Shown here: positions 17,148 to 26,719 of the stretch, piece after piece
How positions within the stretch are numbered: position 1 is the first letter of the stretch
Layout: each line of letters begins with the position of its first letter
Source of the DNA: Peptococcaceae bacterium
GTDB lineage: Bacteria > Bacillota > Peptococcia > Peptococcales > Peptococcaceae
Assembly: GCA_019420345.1 (NCBI GenBank)
Contig: JAHZHI010000055.1
Span: 17,871 to 81,870, forward strand
DNA length: 64,000 nucleotides
Direction of reading: 5' to 3'
Translations under genes and position numbers: made by a program
The notes under the pieces: model-generated
Databases searched by the model: none
The model's input: the letters and a program-made list of their open reading frames with translations, nothing else
What the model was told of the DNA's origin: nothing

Positions 17148-18499
17148 AAGAAGATCTCTCACAAGATAAAAGAATCTATACCATGGCAGAGGAAACACCG
17201 GTAAAAGCCGTGCTTAAAATGGGCGTGCCCGTCACAATGGGCATGCTGTTCATGGTCGTTTACAATCTCGTCGACACCTATTTCATTGGGTTGCTCCATG
17301 ACGACTACCAACTGGCGGCTACGAACCTTTCTTATCCTGTAATGATGGTATCGGTCGCAATTGCAAACATCGTGGGCAACGGCGGCGCTTCGTACATAGC
17401 CCGCTGTATTGGTGCCGGCCAACGGGAACGTGCAGCACACACACTCACAACCGGCCTTGAAATGATTCTCATCTGCGGCATTTTACTAGCCATCGTCGGC
17501 ACGATATGGATCGACCCCATCGTCACACTGCTAGGGGCATCTGAAAAAACATTTGCCTATACGAAAGATTACTGTCTTGTGACGATCCTCGGTTCTGTAT
17601 TTTTAATGAGCAATTTTGCCGTGGGGCAGCTGCTGCGCAGCGAGGGGTCAACATTCTACTCAATGATCGGCATGATCAGCGGCACCATTGCCAACATCAT
17701 TTTGGACCCAATCTTTATTTTCACCTTTAACTTGCAAATAACAGGCGCTGCCATCGCCACAGTGCTTGGCAACGTGCTCAGCACCGCCATCTTCTTATCC
17801 TTCTATATCAGAAGGAAAACCCTTTTGAGACCATCTCTGCAATATATCAAGCCAAAGAAAAAAATTGTCAAAGAAATTCTGCTCGTGGGCGTGCCGAGCA
17901 CACTCGAGCAGCTTTTTGCAACCGTCGCCATGATTGTCAACAACAACCTCGCTGCCGGTTACGGTGAGCAGACCGTTGCCGCCATGGGTATCGTCAACAA
18001 GATTATGAGCTTTGGCACCTACATCTACCAGGGCATGGCCGGTGGCTGCCAACCATTAATGGGCTATAACTTTGGAGCGCGCAATTATAAGCGCATGAAA
18101 CGCCTGCTCATCACCGGCGCCTCCGTCACTGCCGCAATCGAGCTGGTGGTCATGGCGATCTTTGGTCTTTTCGCACCATACTTGATTAGTATTTTCACCG
18201 CTTCCGCCGAAGTCATCTCAATCGGTGCCACCACCATGCGGGCACTCATGCTGATGCTGCCCTTCGTTGCTGTAACCACCATTGTCCGGAGCACTTTCAA
18301 CGCCATGGGAAAACCAATGTTTGCCTTTGGCATCACCGTCATCCGTCAAGGAGTGCTCTACATTCCATTCTTATTGCTCTTCAACCATCTATGGGGTTAC
18401 ACCGGATTGATCCATGCACAGCCTAGCGAAGAAGTCGTCTGCATGCTCTTCGCCCTGTGGCTAATGTTTTCACGTTTGAAAAAACTCCCAAATCAATAA
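17144..18499 (+). CDS. MATE family efflux transporter
   Basis: 451 aa, 12 TM. N-terminus VLKMGVPVTMGMLFMVVYNLVDTYFIG. ATGA overlap with the MarR gene. Confidence 0.85.
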   Translation: MKEDLSQDKRIYTMAEETPVKAVLKMGVPVTMGMLFMVVYNLVDTYFIGLLHDDYQLAATNLSYPVMMVSVAIANIVGNGGASYIARCIGAGQRERAAHTLTTGLEMILICGILLAIVGTIWIDPIVTLLGASEKTFAYTKDYCLVTILGSVFLMSNFAVGQLLRSEGSTFYSMIGMISGTIANIILDPIFIFTFNLQITGAAIATVLGNVLSTAIFLSFYIRRKTLLRPSLQYIKPKKKIVKEILLVGVPSTLEQLFATVAMIVNNNLAAGYGEQTVAAMGIVNKIMSFGTYIYQGMAGGCQPLMGYNFGARNYKRMKRLLITGASVTAAIELVVMAIFGLFAPYLISIFTASAEVISIGATTMRALMLMLPFVAVTTIVRSTFNAMGKPMFAFGITVIRQGVLYIPFLLLFNHLWGYTGLIHAQPSEEVVCMLFALWLMFSRLKKLPNQ

Positions 18500-18643
18500 A
18501 CCGCTCCCTTCGCCCATACGAGGCGTGGCAACTGTAGAATACAGCTGTTACGCCTCTTTTTCATTCTACATGCAGGCATAAGAAAAGCCCAAACCATCGG
18601 ATCAACCAAACGATTTGAGCAAAACAATATTCTGATGTTCTAT

Positions 18644-18695
18644 TTACGCTTCTACCTGACGCACAAGGTTGACCATTTCGATGGCGGCCTGGCGC
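18644..18695 (-). repeat. orphan direct-repeat copy of the ribH 3' end (left boundary of the AT-rich island)
   Basis: ttacgcttctacctgacgcacAaggttgaccatttcgatggcggcc(-)tggcgc. 45 of 46 core positions match 23219-23264, and the match extends with one 1-nt indel. Confidence 0.85.
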
Positions 18696-18792
18696 AATTC
18701 TTGATCATGAGGACGCCTTAAACATTCACACAGATAGATCCAGAAACCATCCACATAACTAGTAACCGAACCAACCATTTTATCCCCCATAT

Positions 18793-19470
18793 CTATCTCA
18801 TTCGCTGTTCTTCTAATTCAGAAATCATTCTTCCTAAATAATCCAAATCAATGACTAAAATACGTTTTCCTGATAAACGTTGTATAACGCCTAACTTTTC
18901 CAACTCCAACAAATATTTACTAATATTTGTTGTATGTGTACCAATCAACGATGCCATATCCTGACGAGATAAATAATCATCTAATATGACACCTCGTTCT
19001 AATTTTACAGAAGATGTTATTGCTATTTCATAGAGCAACCTATAAAAGCGTACTTTACAAAATAAATTTGAATCATTGATAAAATTCTCTATTAATCCTT
19101 CATATCTTTCATATACCTGATTCATAAAATTTAAAAAGAAATCTGGTATTGCCGCTCCCAATGAAAAAAAGTCTTCTTTCGTTATCATCAACAACTCACA
19201 AGTTTTAACAACCTGAATTTGTTTACTAATATTAAGCTTTTTTGCATGAAAAGTGGGAATAACGCAACCATCTCTTAGCAACCAAAGCAACCGCTCATTG
19301 CCTTCCATATCATTAACATATACTTTAATAATACCATGATTTAAAAGATAAATATATTTGTCATCCGGAGAAAAAAATTGTTCCCCAGCTTCCAACGTAT
19401 ATTTTAGCTGTGCATTGTCTAAAAAGACATTTTTCAAATATATATCATATGAAAAAAAATCAAAAACCAT
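18793..19470 (-). CDS. Crp/Fnr family transcriptional regulator
   Basis: 225 aa with an N-terminal cNMP-binding-like barrel and a C-terminal HTH (LSRQDMASLIGTHTTNISKYLLELEKLGVI). AT-rich codon usage. Confidence 0.75.
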   Translation of the reverse strand: MVFDFFSYDIYLKNVFLDNAQLKYTLEAGEQFFSPDDKYIYLLNHGIIKVYVNDMEGNERLLWLLRDGCVIPTFHAKKLNISKQIQVVKTCELLMITKEDFFSLGAAIPDFFLNFMNQVYERYEGLIENFINDSNLFCKVRFYRLLYEIAITSSVKLERGVILDDYLSRQDMASLIGTHTTNISKYLLELEKLGVIQRLSGKRILVIDLDYLGRMISELEEQRMR

Positions 19471-19584
19471 TGCCTATCACCATCCACTGCACTTGTACTA
19501 CTAATATATACGCAACCAAACCACTACACAATACTTTAAATCAAACAAGCGACAGGAAATACCGTCACTTGTTTGATTTAAAAA

Positions 19585-21030
19585 CTATAGCATTACAAAT
19601 CCCAATGGAATTCCCACACAGATCATGGATAATTCAACCGTCAGAAGAACAATAATCCCATATTTTAAAGCTTCTCGTTTACCAATCCATTCATACCCAT
19701 AAATCAAAGCCCCACGATTAGATGCTGCTGGTGTTGAAAGAGCAGCCAATAAACATTGACTACCACCCGCAGCAATAATCAATGCAACTTGTTCCGCCAT
19801 TCCAATTTCAATAACCAATGAGCTAATTAATGGAATTAATGTTGTTGCTAATATTAAATTATGTGCAAATTGTGTAGTAACACCTAATAAAATTAAACTA
19901 AAGACAATAATGACCACTGGTGACATACTATAGAACAATGGAGAAATAATCTCAACAATGTATCCAATAATATTCGTATCTTCAGAAGCTAGTGCCGCTC
20001 CCATCGGCATTGTTGCTGCAACCAATGCCATTAAGTCCCAATTCACACCTTTGTGTTCCAACGTAGCAAAATCGGCAACGCTTTTTTCTTTGAAACGCAG
20101 TGCACAGGCAATACATATCGCAATAATCAAACATCCAAAATCACCAACCAGGTTATAAAATCGAACAAGAAAGAAGCTTTCTGGCAATATTAACGGTAAT
20201 AGAATTACGATTGTAAATCCTACGACAATACTCCCGGATATAATTTGTGCCTTCTCGAACTTTGAGCTTCGACCGTTTGTAATTTGTTCCACTGTTAATG
20301 ATTTAAACTTTGAAACATCCACATGCAATATTTTTCCGGCAATTATATACAATACTAACGCAACAAAAGAAATAACGATCATATAAACAATAAATTTTCC
20401 AGAAGGAATAGAAAGACCCGTAGCTTGATTCAAGGCATTCAAACATACTTTAGGAAAAACTTGATACGGCATAACCGTTCCGCCAAGTGTCGCCATTTGT
20501 AAAACACCAACATGTAAAAATGCAGCAGTGTTGTGTTTTCGTTCATACCCAACGATATCACAAATGCTCCCCAAAATTGCCCAGAAGAAGAATATAATAG
20601 CATAAGTCATAATGAAAATGCCTAAGATATAGGCCGCTATGAATAACATAATAACAAAAACCCAAGGCTTTCCAGCAATGAATCGTCTAGTCAAAAACCA
20701 AATAGCAACCTTTTCACTAAGCCCCGATTCCGTTGCATAAGACGCAATGATAAAAAAGAAGAAAATCTGTAAAAAAGTGCTATTCCCAAAACCTTGTGCA
20801 AATGCGTCAGATACCGTCACATAACCTGTAGTGCCCAAAGCAACCAATCCCAGAAAAGATGGCCACAACATATCCACAAACATCCATCCATAGACAAGCC
20901 CTAAAAAAACACCCAATACTTTCATACCAATATCGGTTATTGAGCCAATTTCTGGCAAATAACCAAAGCCAAACATGATGAGCAACATTATAATACTATG
21001 AATATTATACTTTATATCTTTGTTCAACAT
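19585..21030 (-). CDS. ion-transporter superfamily permease (SLC13/DASS- or ArsB/NhaD-like)
   Basis: 481 aa from MLNKDIKYN, more than 10 TM helices. Hairpin-type motif STPAASNRGAL near the C-terminus. The family assignment is tentative. Confidence 0.5.
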   Translation of the reverse strand: MLNKDIKYNIHSIIMLLIMFGFGYLPEIGSITDIGMKVLGVFLGLVYGWMFVDMLWPSFLGLVALGTTGYVTVSDAFAQGFGNSTFLQIFFFFIIASYATESGLSEKVAIWFLTRRFIAGKPWVFVIMLFIAAYILGIFIMTYAIIFFFWAILGSICDIVGYERKHNTAAFLHVGVLQMATLGGTVMPYQVFPKVCLNALNQATGLSIPSGKFIVYMIVISFVALVLYIIAGKILHVDVSKFKSLTVEQITNGRSSKFEKAQIISGSIVVGFTIVILLPLILPESFFLVRFYNLVGDFGCLIIAICIACALRFKEKSVADFATLEHKGVNWDLMALVAATMPMGAALASEDTNIIGYIVEIISPLFYSMSPVVIIVFSLILLGVTTQFAHNLILATTLIPLISSLVIEIGMAEQVALIIAAGGSQCLLAALSTPAASNRGALIYGYEWIGKREALKYGIIVLLTVELSMICVGIPLGFVML

Positions 21031-21109
21031 AAACTTTCGCCCCTTTATGTTGAAAGCCCCCGGCAATCTTGATCAACAAACTGCCGGGAGCCTTCTTTTC
21101 ACCTAATGT

Positions 21110-23044
21110 TTATTGCTCCAAAGCTTGGTAAATAACAGCACCTTCACAGTTTTTCGGCACCGGAATGCCCGTAAGCGCACAAACTGTTGGAACAACATCA
21201 ACCGCACGCACACGTCTCTCAATCAAATTATGAGCTTTTACACCAGCCCCCATCATTGCAAAGAACGCTTTAACCGACGTTCCTTTGTAACTGTGAGTTG
21301 TTAATGACGTACCATGTACACGTGTCCATTCTGGATTAAACACAAAATAAATATCACCAACGGTGCTGCCATACAATCCCAAGACTTCCATTTCATCGCG
21401 GTCAAAGGCGAAAGCAACAGGGCGTCGTCCTTGTTCATCTTTATAATCCAGAAGATCATTTTTAATTTTCTTGACCAAGCTGTCATAATCTTTTGGATCA
21501 ACAATACCCTCAGGATCTCTTCCCTTCAAATTGATATAAATATAGCCACTTCTTTGGCCCAGTGCTACGGTTTTGCTCCAGTCAATAACTGGCACGCCAC
21601 CACTGCGATCTACAGATAAATAGCCGAGATCTTCCATGACCTTGCCGCCAACACTCCAAGGGTCACCAACAAGCGGCGTTTCGCAATCTTCAGCCTTACT
21701 CATGCCGCCATGATCCGATGCCAAAACAATAACGGTATTGCCATCATCAAAAGCTTCCATCATCCGCTTAACAAGATGATCGGTAATCTTATAATATTCA
21801 CGAATGATATTCATATAATAGTCCGCTTTTTCACCAGTGTATTCCGGCAAGCACAAATTCTGATAATTATGATTGCAGCAATCAAGTGCATGACAATGCA
21901 TATAAAATACATCCCATGGTTTATTTTCGCCTAAATAAATCATAGAATTTTCGATCCATTCATATTCTGCGGCCATGGTTTCAAGCATAACATCGTCAAA
22001 ACCACAAGCAGACATATGAAGCATTGGACCAACGTTCTCAAGCAATTCATCCGCGATGGTTTGTGGATAGAAATATTTTTTGTTACTTGCGTCAAGGATA
22101 TAGCTTCGATACAACGTATAACTCGATGCATCTGCCGCTAGTTCAATCAATTTTACTTTATAGTACACTTTTGATGTAATATTAGTGAATGTAAATTCAT
22201 CTTCAATCCAATCAGAGTATTCACCAATTTTTACGGTACCGATTGGCGTTTCATCAGAACGCTTTTTGAGAATTTCCATGGTATCATATTTACCATCTGC
22301 ATTTTTCACCAATCTGCCATAACGTCTCGTACGACCTTGGTTCAGCAGCAATACTGTTGTAAGTTCGCCGTCTTTGTCCTTAATTGGACAATTGTATCGG
22401 TCAATTTTAAATTTGATATTTGTTGCATTGGTTCTTTTATCATCAGCAATAACAAAACTTTCAGTTTGATTTTCTTCATAGTCACGGAATTCAAAATCCA
22501 ACGTTTCAATATCGTCTTCGACCACGCAGCCTAAACCTGAATTGTTCTTTTCATGCAATTCCGATTCTACATCAGCGTTGTTGATATCACCAAAATAAAT
22601 GCCCTCGCTTTCACAATATCCATGAGAATTAGGATTAATTGCAGTTCCATCAACAGCGATAATTTTTTCATTTGTTGGTGGCCATGCCGTTGGATAATTG
22701 AAAACAATCGCATTTCCACCCGCCTTAATTGCAGAATCCCAAATAAATTCAGCTCGACAAAGCTTAGAATTAAATCCTACATCTAATTGCGTCAATGGAT
22801 TTCCTGATTCATGATTCCAGTAGCAGGTTATTCCGTGAGTTCCTGGATACGCACCAGTTGCTAAACTGGCCCAGTTTGGAGGAGTAATCGTTGGTTGAAC
22901 GCCCAACATGCCATAATCTTTATTTGCCGTACCTTTATCAATAAATTTCTGAATATTAGGAAGTGCTCCCTCGTTCAAAAAACGAGACATCAACATTGGA
23001 TCTGCACCGTCAATACCTAAAAATAACACTCTTCTATTTTTCAT
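21110..23044 (-). CDS. alkaline-phosphatase superfamily protein (type I phosphodiesterase / nucleotide pyrophosphatase-like)
   Basis: N-terminal metal site VLFLGIDGADP, nucleophile region QPTITPPNWASLATG..PG.HG, and distal site LASDHGG. At 644 aa it is much longer than the roughly 400-450 aa core. Confidence 0.65.
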   Translation of the reverse strand: MKNRRVLFLGIDGADPMLMSRFLNEGALPNIQKFIDKGTANKDYGMLGVQPTITPPNWASLATGAYPGTHGITCYWNHESGNPLTQLDVGFNSKLCRAEFIWDSAIKAGGNAIVFNYPTAWPPTNEKIIAVDGTAINPNSHGYCESEGIYFGDINNADVESELHEKNNSGLGCVVEDDIETLDFEFRDYEENQTESFVIADDKRTNATNIKFKIDRYNCPIKDKDGELTTVLLLNQGRTRRYGRLVKNADGKYDTMEILKKRSDETPIGTVKIGEYSDWIEDEFTFTNITSKVYYKVKLIELAADASSYTLYRSYILDASNKKYFYPQTIADELLENVGPMLHMSACGFDDVMLETMAAEYEWIENSMIYLGENKPWDVFYMHCHALDCCNHNYQNLCLPEYTGEKADYYMNIIREYYKITDHLVKRMMEAFDDGNTVIVLASDHGGMSKAEDCETPLVGDPWSVGGKVMEDLGYLSVDRSGGVPVIDWSKTVALGQRSGYIYINLKGRDPEGIVDPKDYDSLVKKIKNDLLDYKDEQGRRPVAFAFDRDEMEVLGLYGSTVGDIYFVFNPEWTRVHGTSLTTHSYKGTSVKAFFAMMGAGVKAHNLIERRVRAVDVVPTVCALTGIPVPKNCEGAVIYQALEQ

Positions 23045-23155
23045 ATTAAATACCTCCTAAATGATTTCTTCACTACACGTAGAGAATATCACGATGCATG
23101 AACACAGCACTTAGAAATTACCAACTTCTTATCGTTTTCATTTATTTTTCTTATC

Positions 23156-23199
23156 AAAAAAAGACCATTGCAACACAAAACTTGCGTTGCAATGGTCTT
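23156..23199 (-). terminator. rho-independent terminator of the rib operon
   Basis: Perfect 14-bp stem aagaccattgcaac / gttgcaatggtctt (23161-23174 and 23186-23199), with a T-tract on the minus strand. Confidence 0.85.
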
Positions 23200-23218
23200 T
23201 CTATTTTCATTTTATTTT

Positions 23219-23271
23219 TTACGCTTCTACCTGACGCACGAGGTTGACCATTTCGATGGCGGCCATGGCGC
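23219..23271 (-). repeat. direct-repeat copy inside the functional ribH 3' end (right boundary of the island)
   Basis: Matches 18644-18695 (see that feature). It encodes ...[16 protein letters not shown] plus the stop codon. Confidence 0.85.
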
Positions 23272-23686
23272 TGTCGTAGCCTTTGTTGCCAGCTTTGGTG
23301 CCGGCGCGTTCGATGGCTTGTTCAATGTTTTCAGTGGTGACGACGCCGAAGAGCACTGGCACGCCGCTGGAGAGAGAGACGCTGGCGATGCCTTTGGAGA
23401 CTTCGTTGCAGACACAGTCATAGTGGCTGGTGGCACCGCGGATCACGGCACCGAGGCAGATGACGGCGTCGTATTTGCCGCTTTCGGCCATTTTCTTCGC
23501 GATGAGTGGGATTTCGAAAGCACCTGGCACCCAAGCGAGATCGATGTCTTCTTCCTTGACATCGTGACGCAGCAAGGCATCACGGGCACCTGCGACGAGT
23601 TTAGAAACGATGAATTCATTAAAACGCGCAGCAACAATGCCAATTTTAATGCCGTCCGATACGAGTTTTCCTTCAAATGTGTTCAT
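23219..23686 (-). CDS. ribH: 6,7-dimethyl-8-ribityllumazine synthase
   Basis: 155 aa. Contains [19 protein letters not shown] and [14 protein letters not shown]. Confidence 0.95.
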   Translation of the reverse strand: MNTFEGKLVSDGIKIGIVAARFNEFIVSKLVAGARDALLRHDVKEEDIDLAWVPGAFEIPLIAKKMAESGKYDAVICLGAVIRGATSHYDCVCNEVSKGIASVSLSSGVPVLFGVVTTENIEQAIERAGTKAGNKGYDSAMAAIEMVNLVRQVEA

Positions 23687-23714
23687 GATAAGACTTCCTT
23701 TCTTTAGTTAACAA

Positions 23715-24914
23715 TCAATAATTTAAGAGATGACCCATGCGGTCTTGTTTGGTCTTGAGATAGAATCGGTCATAGTCATTGGCTTCCATTTGAATTGGCA
23801 CGCGTTCAACGATTTCCATGCCAAATTCTTCGAGCTGGTAGACTTTGTCCGGATTGTTGGTGAGCAGACGCATGCTCTTGACGCCAAGCTCGCGCAGAAT
23901 CTGCGCACCGATGTAATACTCACGTTCATCGGCTGCAAAGCCAAGAGCGAGGTTGGCTTCCATGGTGTCCATGCCCTGATCCTGCAGTTCGTAAGCACGC
24001 AGCTTGTTGATGAGACCAATGCCGCGGCCTTCTTGGCGCATGTAAAGGAGCACGCCGCGGCCTTCGCGTTCGATCTGAGTCATGGCTGCAGCGAACTGCT
24101 GGCCGCAGTCGCAGCGCAGGGAGCCAAAGGTGTCGCCGGTAAGGCATTCTGAATGCACGCGGCAGAGCACGTTTTCGCCGTCGCCAATGTCGCCTTTCAC
24201 GAGGGCAATGTGGTGCTCGCCATTGAGGCGATTGACGAAACCATAAGCCTTAAAATCGCCGTATTTGGTCGGCATCTTCACGACGGCAGCCTGATCAACG
24301 AGTTTTTCGTGGGTCTTGCGATAATCCTGCAGATCCTTGATGGTGATGAAGGTCAGCCCCCACTCTTTGGCAAGCTCAACCAGCTCGGCGGTGCGCATCA
24401 TGGTACCATCTTCGCGCATGATTTCGCAGCAGAGGCCGCATTCTTTGAGCCCGGCAAGGCGGCAGAGATCGACAGTGGCTTCGGTGTGGCCATTGCGTTC
24501 CAACACGCCGTTTTTCTTTGCGAGCAGTGGGAACATGTGTCCCGGACGTCGGAAATCTTCCGGCTTGGCATTCTCATCCACACACGCCATAGCGGTGATG
24601 GAACGTTCTGCGGCAGAAATGCCTGTGGTGGTCGATGCGTGGTCGATGGACACGGTAAACGCTGTTTCGTGGTTGTCGGTGTTCTGGGTCACCATCTGTG
24701 GCAGGCGCAGTTTTTCGATGTATTCTACACTCATTGGCATACAAATGAGGCCTTTGGCATGGGTAGCCATGAAGTTAACATTTTCTGTGGTGGCAAATTC
24801 TGCCGCACAGATGAGATCGCCTTCATTTTCTCGGTCGGGATCGTCGGTCACAAGAATCAGTTTGCCTTGACGCAGATCTTCCAAGGCTTCTTCGATGGTG
24901 TTAAAGGTTGCCAT
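23715..24914 (-). CDS. ribBA: bifunctional 3,4-dihydroxy-2-butanone-4-phosphate synthase / GTP cyclohydrolase II
   Basis: DRENEGDL and HTEA motifs (DHBP synthase) plus [17 protein letters not shown] (GCH II). Confidence 0.95.
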   Translation of the reverse strand: MATFNTIEEALEDLRQGKLILVTDDPDRENEGDLICAAEFATTENVNFMATHAKGLICMPMSVEYIEKLRLPQMVTQNTDNHETAFTVSIDHASTTTGISAAERSITAMACVDENAKPEDFRRPGHMFPLLAKKNGVLERNGHTEATVDLCRLAGLKECGLCCEIMREDGTMMRTAELVELAKEWGLTFITIKDLQDYRKTHEKLVDQAAVVKMPTKYGDFKAYGFVNRLNGEHHIALVKGDIGDGENVLCRVHSECLTGDTFGSLRCDCGQQFAAAMTQIEREGRGVLLYMRQEGRGIGLINKLRAYELQDQGMDTMEANLALGFAADEREYYIGAQILRELGVKSMRLLTNNPDKVYQLEEFGMEIVERVPIQMEANDYDRFYLKTKQDRMGHLLNY

Positions 24915-24926
24915 ATCTATTTCCTC

Positions 24927-25571
24927 CTAAAAGCCATATTCGGCTAAAAATTCTTTTGTAATGCCGCTCTTCGCAGGCGTTTCCGCCGGTTGGAGCAGTT
25001 TTTCAACGTATTTGCCAATGATGTCACATTCCAGATTCACCGTGTCGCCTTCGTGACGTTCTCGCAGCACTGTCTGTGCCACAGTATGAGGAATGGCTGA
25101 AATGGAAAAATCATGTTCGGTCACTGCAGCCACCGTAAGGCTGATGCCATCAATAGTGATCGAGCCTTTTTCAACGATGTAGCGCAAAAGTGCCGGCTCA
25201 CAGGCCACGGTGTACCAAATGGCAGTATCGTCGCGCCGCAGTCGCGTGACACGGCCGGTGCCATCCACATGGCCGCTGACGATGTGCCCGCCAAAGCGTC
25301 CATCGGCAGCCATGGCCCGTTCCAAGTTCACATGGGTGCCGCTGGCGCATTGTGCCAGCGAGGAACGGTTCAGGGTTTCATGCATGACATCTGCCGTAAA
25401 ACCACCATTTGTCAACGATGTCACCGTCAGGCAAATGCCATTGACAGCAATGCTGTCGCCGATCTTGGTGCCTTCCAGCACCTTTTCACAGGCGATGGAG
25501 AGCACCGCTGAATGAGCACCGCGGCGAATGCCGCTGATGGTGCCAACTTCTTCAACAATCCCGGTGAACAT
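24927..25571 (-). CDS. ribE: riboflavin synthase
   Basis: MFTGIVEEVG, and the duplicated barrel motif GDSIAVNGICLTV / GSITIDGISLTV. Confidence 0.95.
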   Translation of the reverse strand: MFTGIVEEVGTISGIRRGAHSAVLSIACEKVLEGTKIGDSIAVNGICLTVTSLTNGGFTADVMHETLNRSSLAQCASGTHVNLERAMAADGRFGGHIVSGHVDGTGRVTRLRRDDTAIWYTVACEPALLRYIVEKGSITIDGISLTVAAVTEHDFSISAIPHTVAQTVLRERHEGDTVNLECDIIGKYVEKLLQPAETPAKSGITKEFLAEYGF

Positions 25572-26658
25572 GGTCGATCACCTCACTTTCAATCAAGATG
25601 TCTTCACCAAGGCGAGTGATCTCAGTAATACGCAGCTGCGCCGCTTCATCAGGCGTATCAATGCCCACGCCTTCCACCGGCGTCTTGGCCTCTCTGCCGC
25701 CAAAGAGCTTCGGCGCAATATAGCTGCACACCTTCTGCACGATGCCTGCTTCAAGCGCCGCCCAGTTCAAGGTGCCGCCGCCTTCTAATAAGACGCTGTC
25801 AACGCCCTCTTCGCCAAGGCGCTGCATCAGCACTGCGAGATCCACATGCCCTGCGTGTTCTGGCAGCACCCAAACGTTGCAGCCAGCTTTTTCGTATGGA
25901 GCACGCTTTTCCGGTACCGTCTCGCACGTAGCAATAAGCACCGGTGTTTCTTGTGCTGTCTGCACCAGCTTTGAAGACAGCGGTGTGCGCAGATGCGTGT
26001 CACAGACGATGCGCAGCGGATTGCGTCCGCCTGGCAGCCGGCAGGTAAGCTGCGGGTCATCCGCCAGCACGGTGCCCACGCCAACCATAATCGCTGCATA
26101 ACGATGACGCAGCGCATGGCCATGTGCACGCGCTTCTTCGCCAGTCACCCAGCGTGACGCACCAGTATGGGTTGCAATCTTACCATCGAGGGTCATTGCA
26201 GCCTTCATCACCACAAAAGGCTGCTTGTGACGAATATAATGTAAAAAGACTTCATTTAAGGCATCGCACTCAGCGCGCAGCACGTTCTCTGTGACGCTGA
26301 TGCCATGGCTGCGCAAAATTGCAACCCCTTTGCCCGCCACCAACGGATTGGGGTCAGCCGAACCCACCACCACACGACGTATGCCTGCTGCAATGATGGC
26401 ATCGGTGCAAGGCGGCTGCTTGCCATGATGACAGCAAGGCTCCAAGGTCACATACATGGTCGCTCCTTCCACCGATTCTGTCGCATGCTTCAAGGCATTG
26501 CGCTCTGCATGCAAGTCGCCGTAACGTTCGTGCCAGCCTTCGCCGATCACACGTCCATCTTTCACGATCACCGCGCCCACCATCGGATTGGGCGACGTCC
26601 ATCCGCAGCCGCGCTCTGCCAAGGCCAGCGCCTGGCGCATATAATCCTGATCGTTCAT
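25552..26658 (-). CDS. ribD: bifunctional diaminohydroxyphosphoribosylaminopyrimidine deaminase / 5-amino-6-(5-phosphoribosylamino)uracil reductase
   Basis: Deaminase zinc motifs HAE....TLEPCCHHGKQPPC plus the reductase C-domain. Start MNDQDY is at 26658, 6 nt after GAGGTG. Confidence 0.9.
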   Translation of the reverse strand: MNDQDYMRQALALAERGCGWTSPNPMVGAVIVKDGRVIGEGWHERYGDLHAERNALKHATESVEGATMYVTLEPCCHHGKQPPCTDAIIAAGIRRVVVGSADPNPLVAGKGVAILRSHGISVTENVLRAECDALNEVFLHYIRHKQPFVVMKAAMTLDGKIATHTGASRWVTGEEARAHGHALRHRYAAIMVGVGTVLADDPQLTCRLPGGRNPLRIVCDTHLRTPLSSKLVQTAQETPVLIATCETVPEKRAPYEKAGCNVWVLPEHAGHVDLAVLMQRLGEEGVDSVLLEGGGTLNWAALEAGIVQKVCSYIAPKLFGGREAKTPVEGVGIDTPDEAAQLRITEITRLGEDILIESEVIDHVHRDC

Positions 26659-26719
26659 TGGGATCACCTCACAAAAGAAAAAGCCCTGAACGATCTTGAC
26701 CGTTCAGGGCTAAAAGTTT

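Larger units (their letters stand above)
18696..23218. mobile_element. putative horizontally acquired island of about 4.5 kb, AT-rich, with no integrase, bounded by ribH 3'-end direct repeats
   Basis: Hand GC counts of 60-nt lines are about 33-40 % inside and about 55-60 % outside. Direct repeats flank it. The three cargo genes are unrelated to the neighbouring genes. Confidence 0.55.

Noticed and set aside
18529-18565. Hairpin gaggcgt..acgcctc after the second MATE gene, considered as the original ribH terminator displaced by the island.
   Set aside because: It has a T-tract only on the plus strand, so it serves the MATE gene. It gives no information about the pre-insertion ribH terminator.
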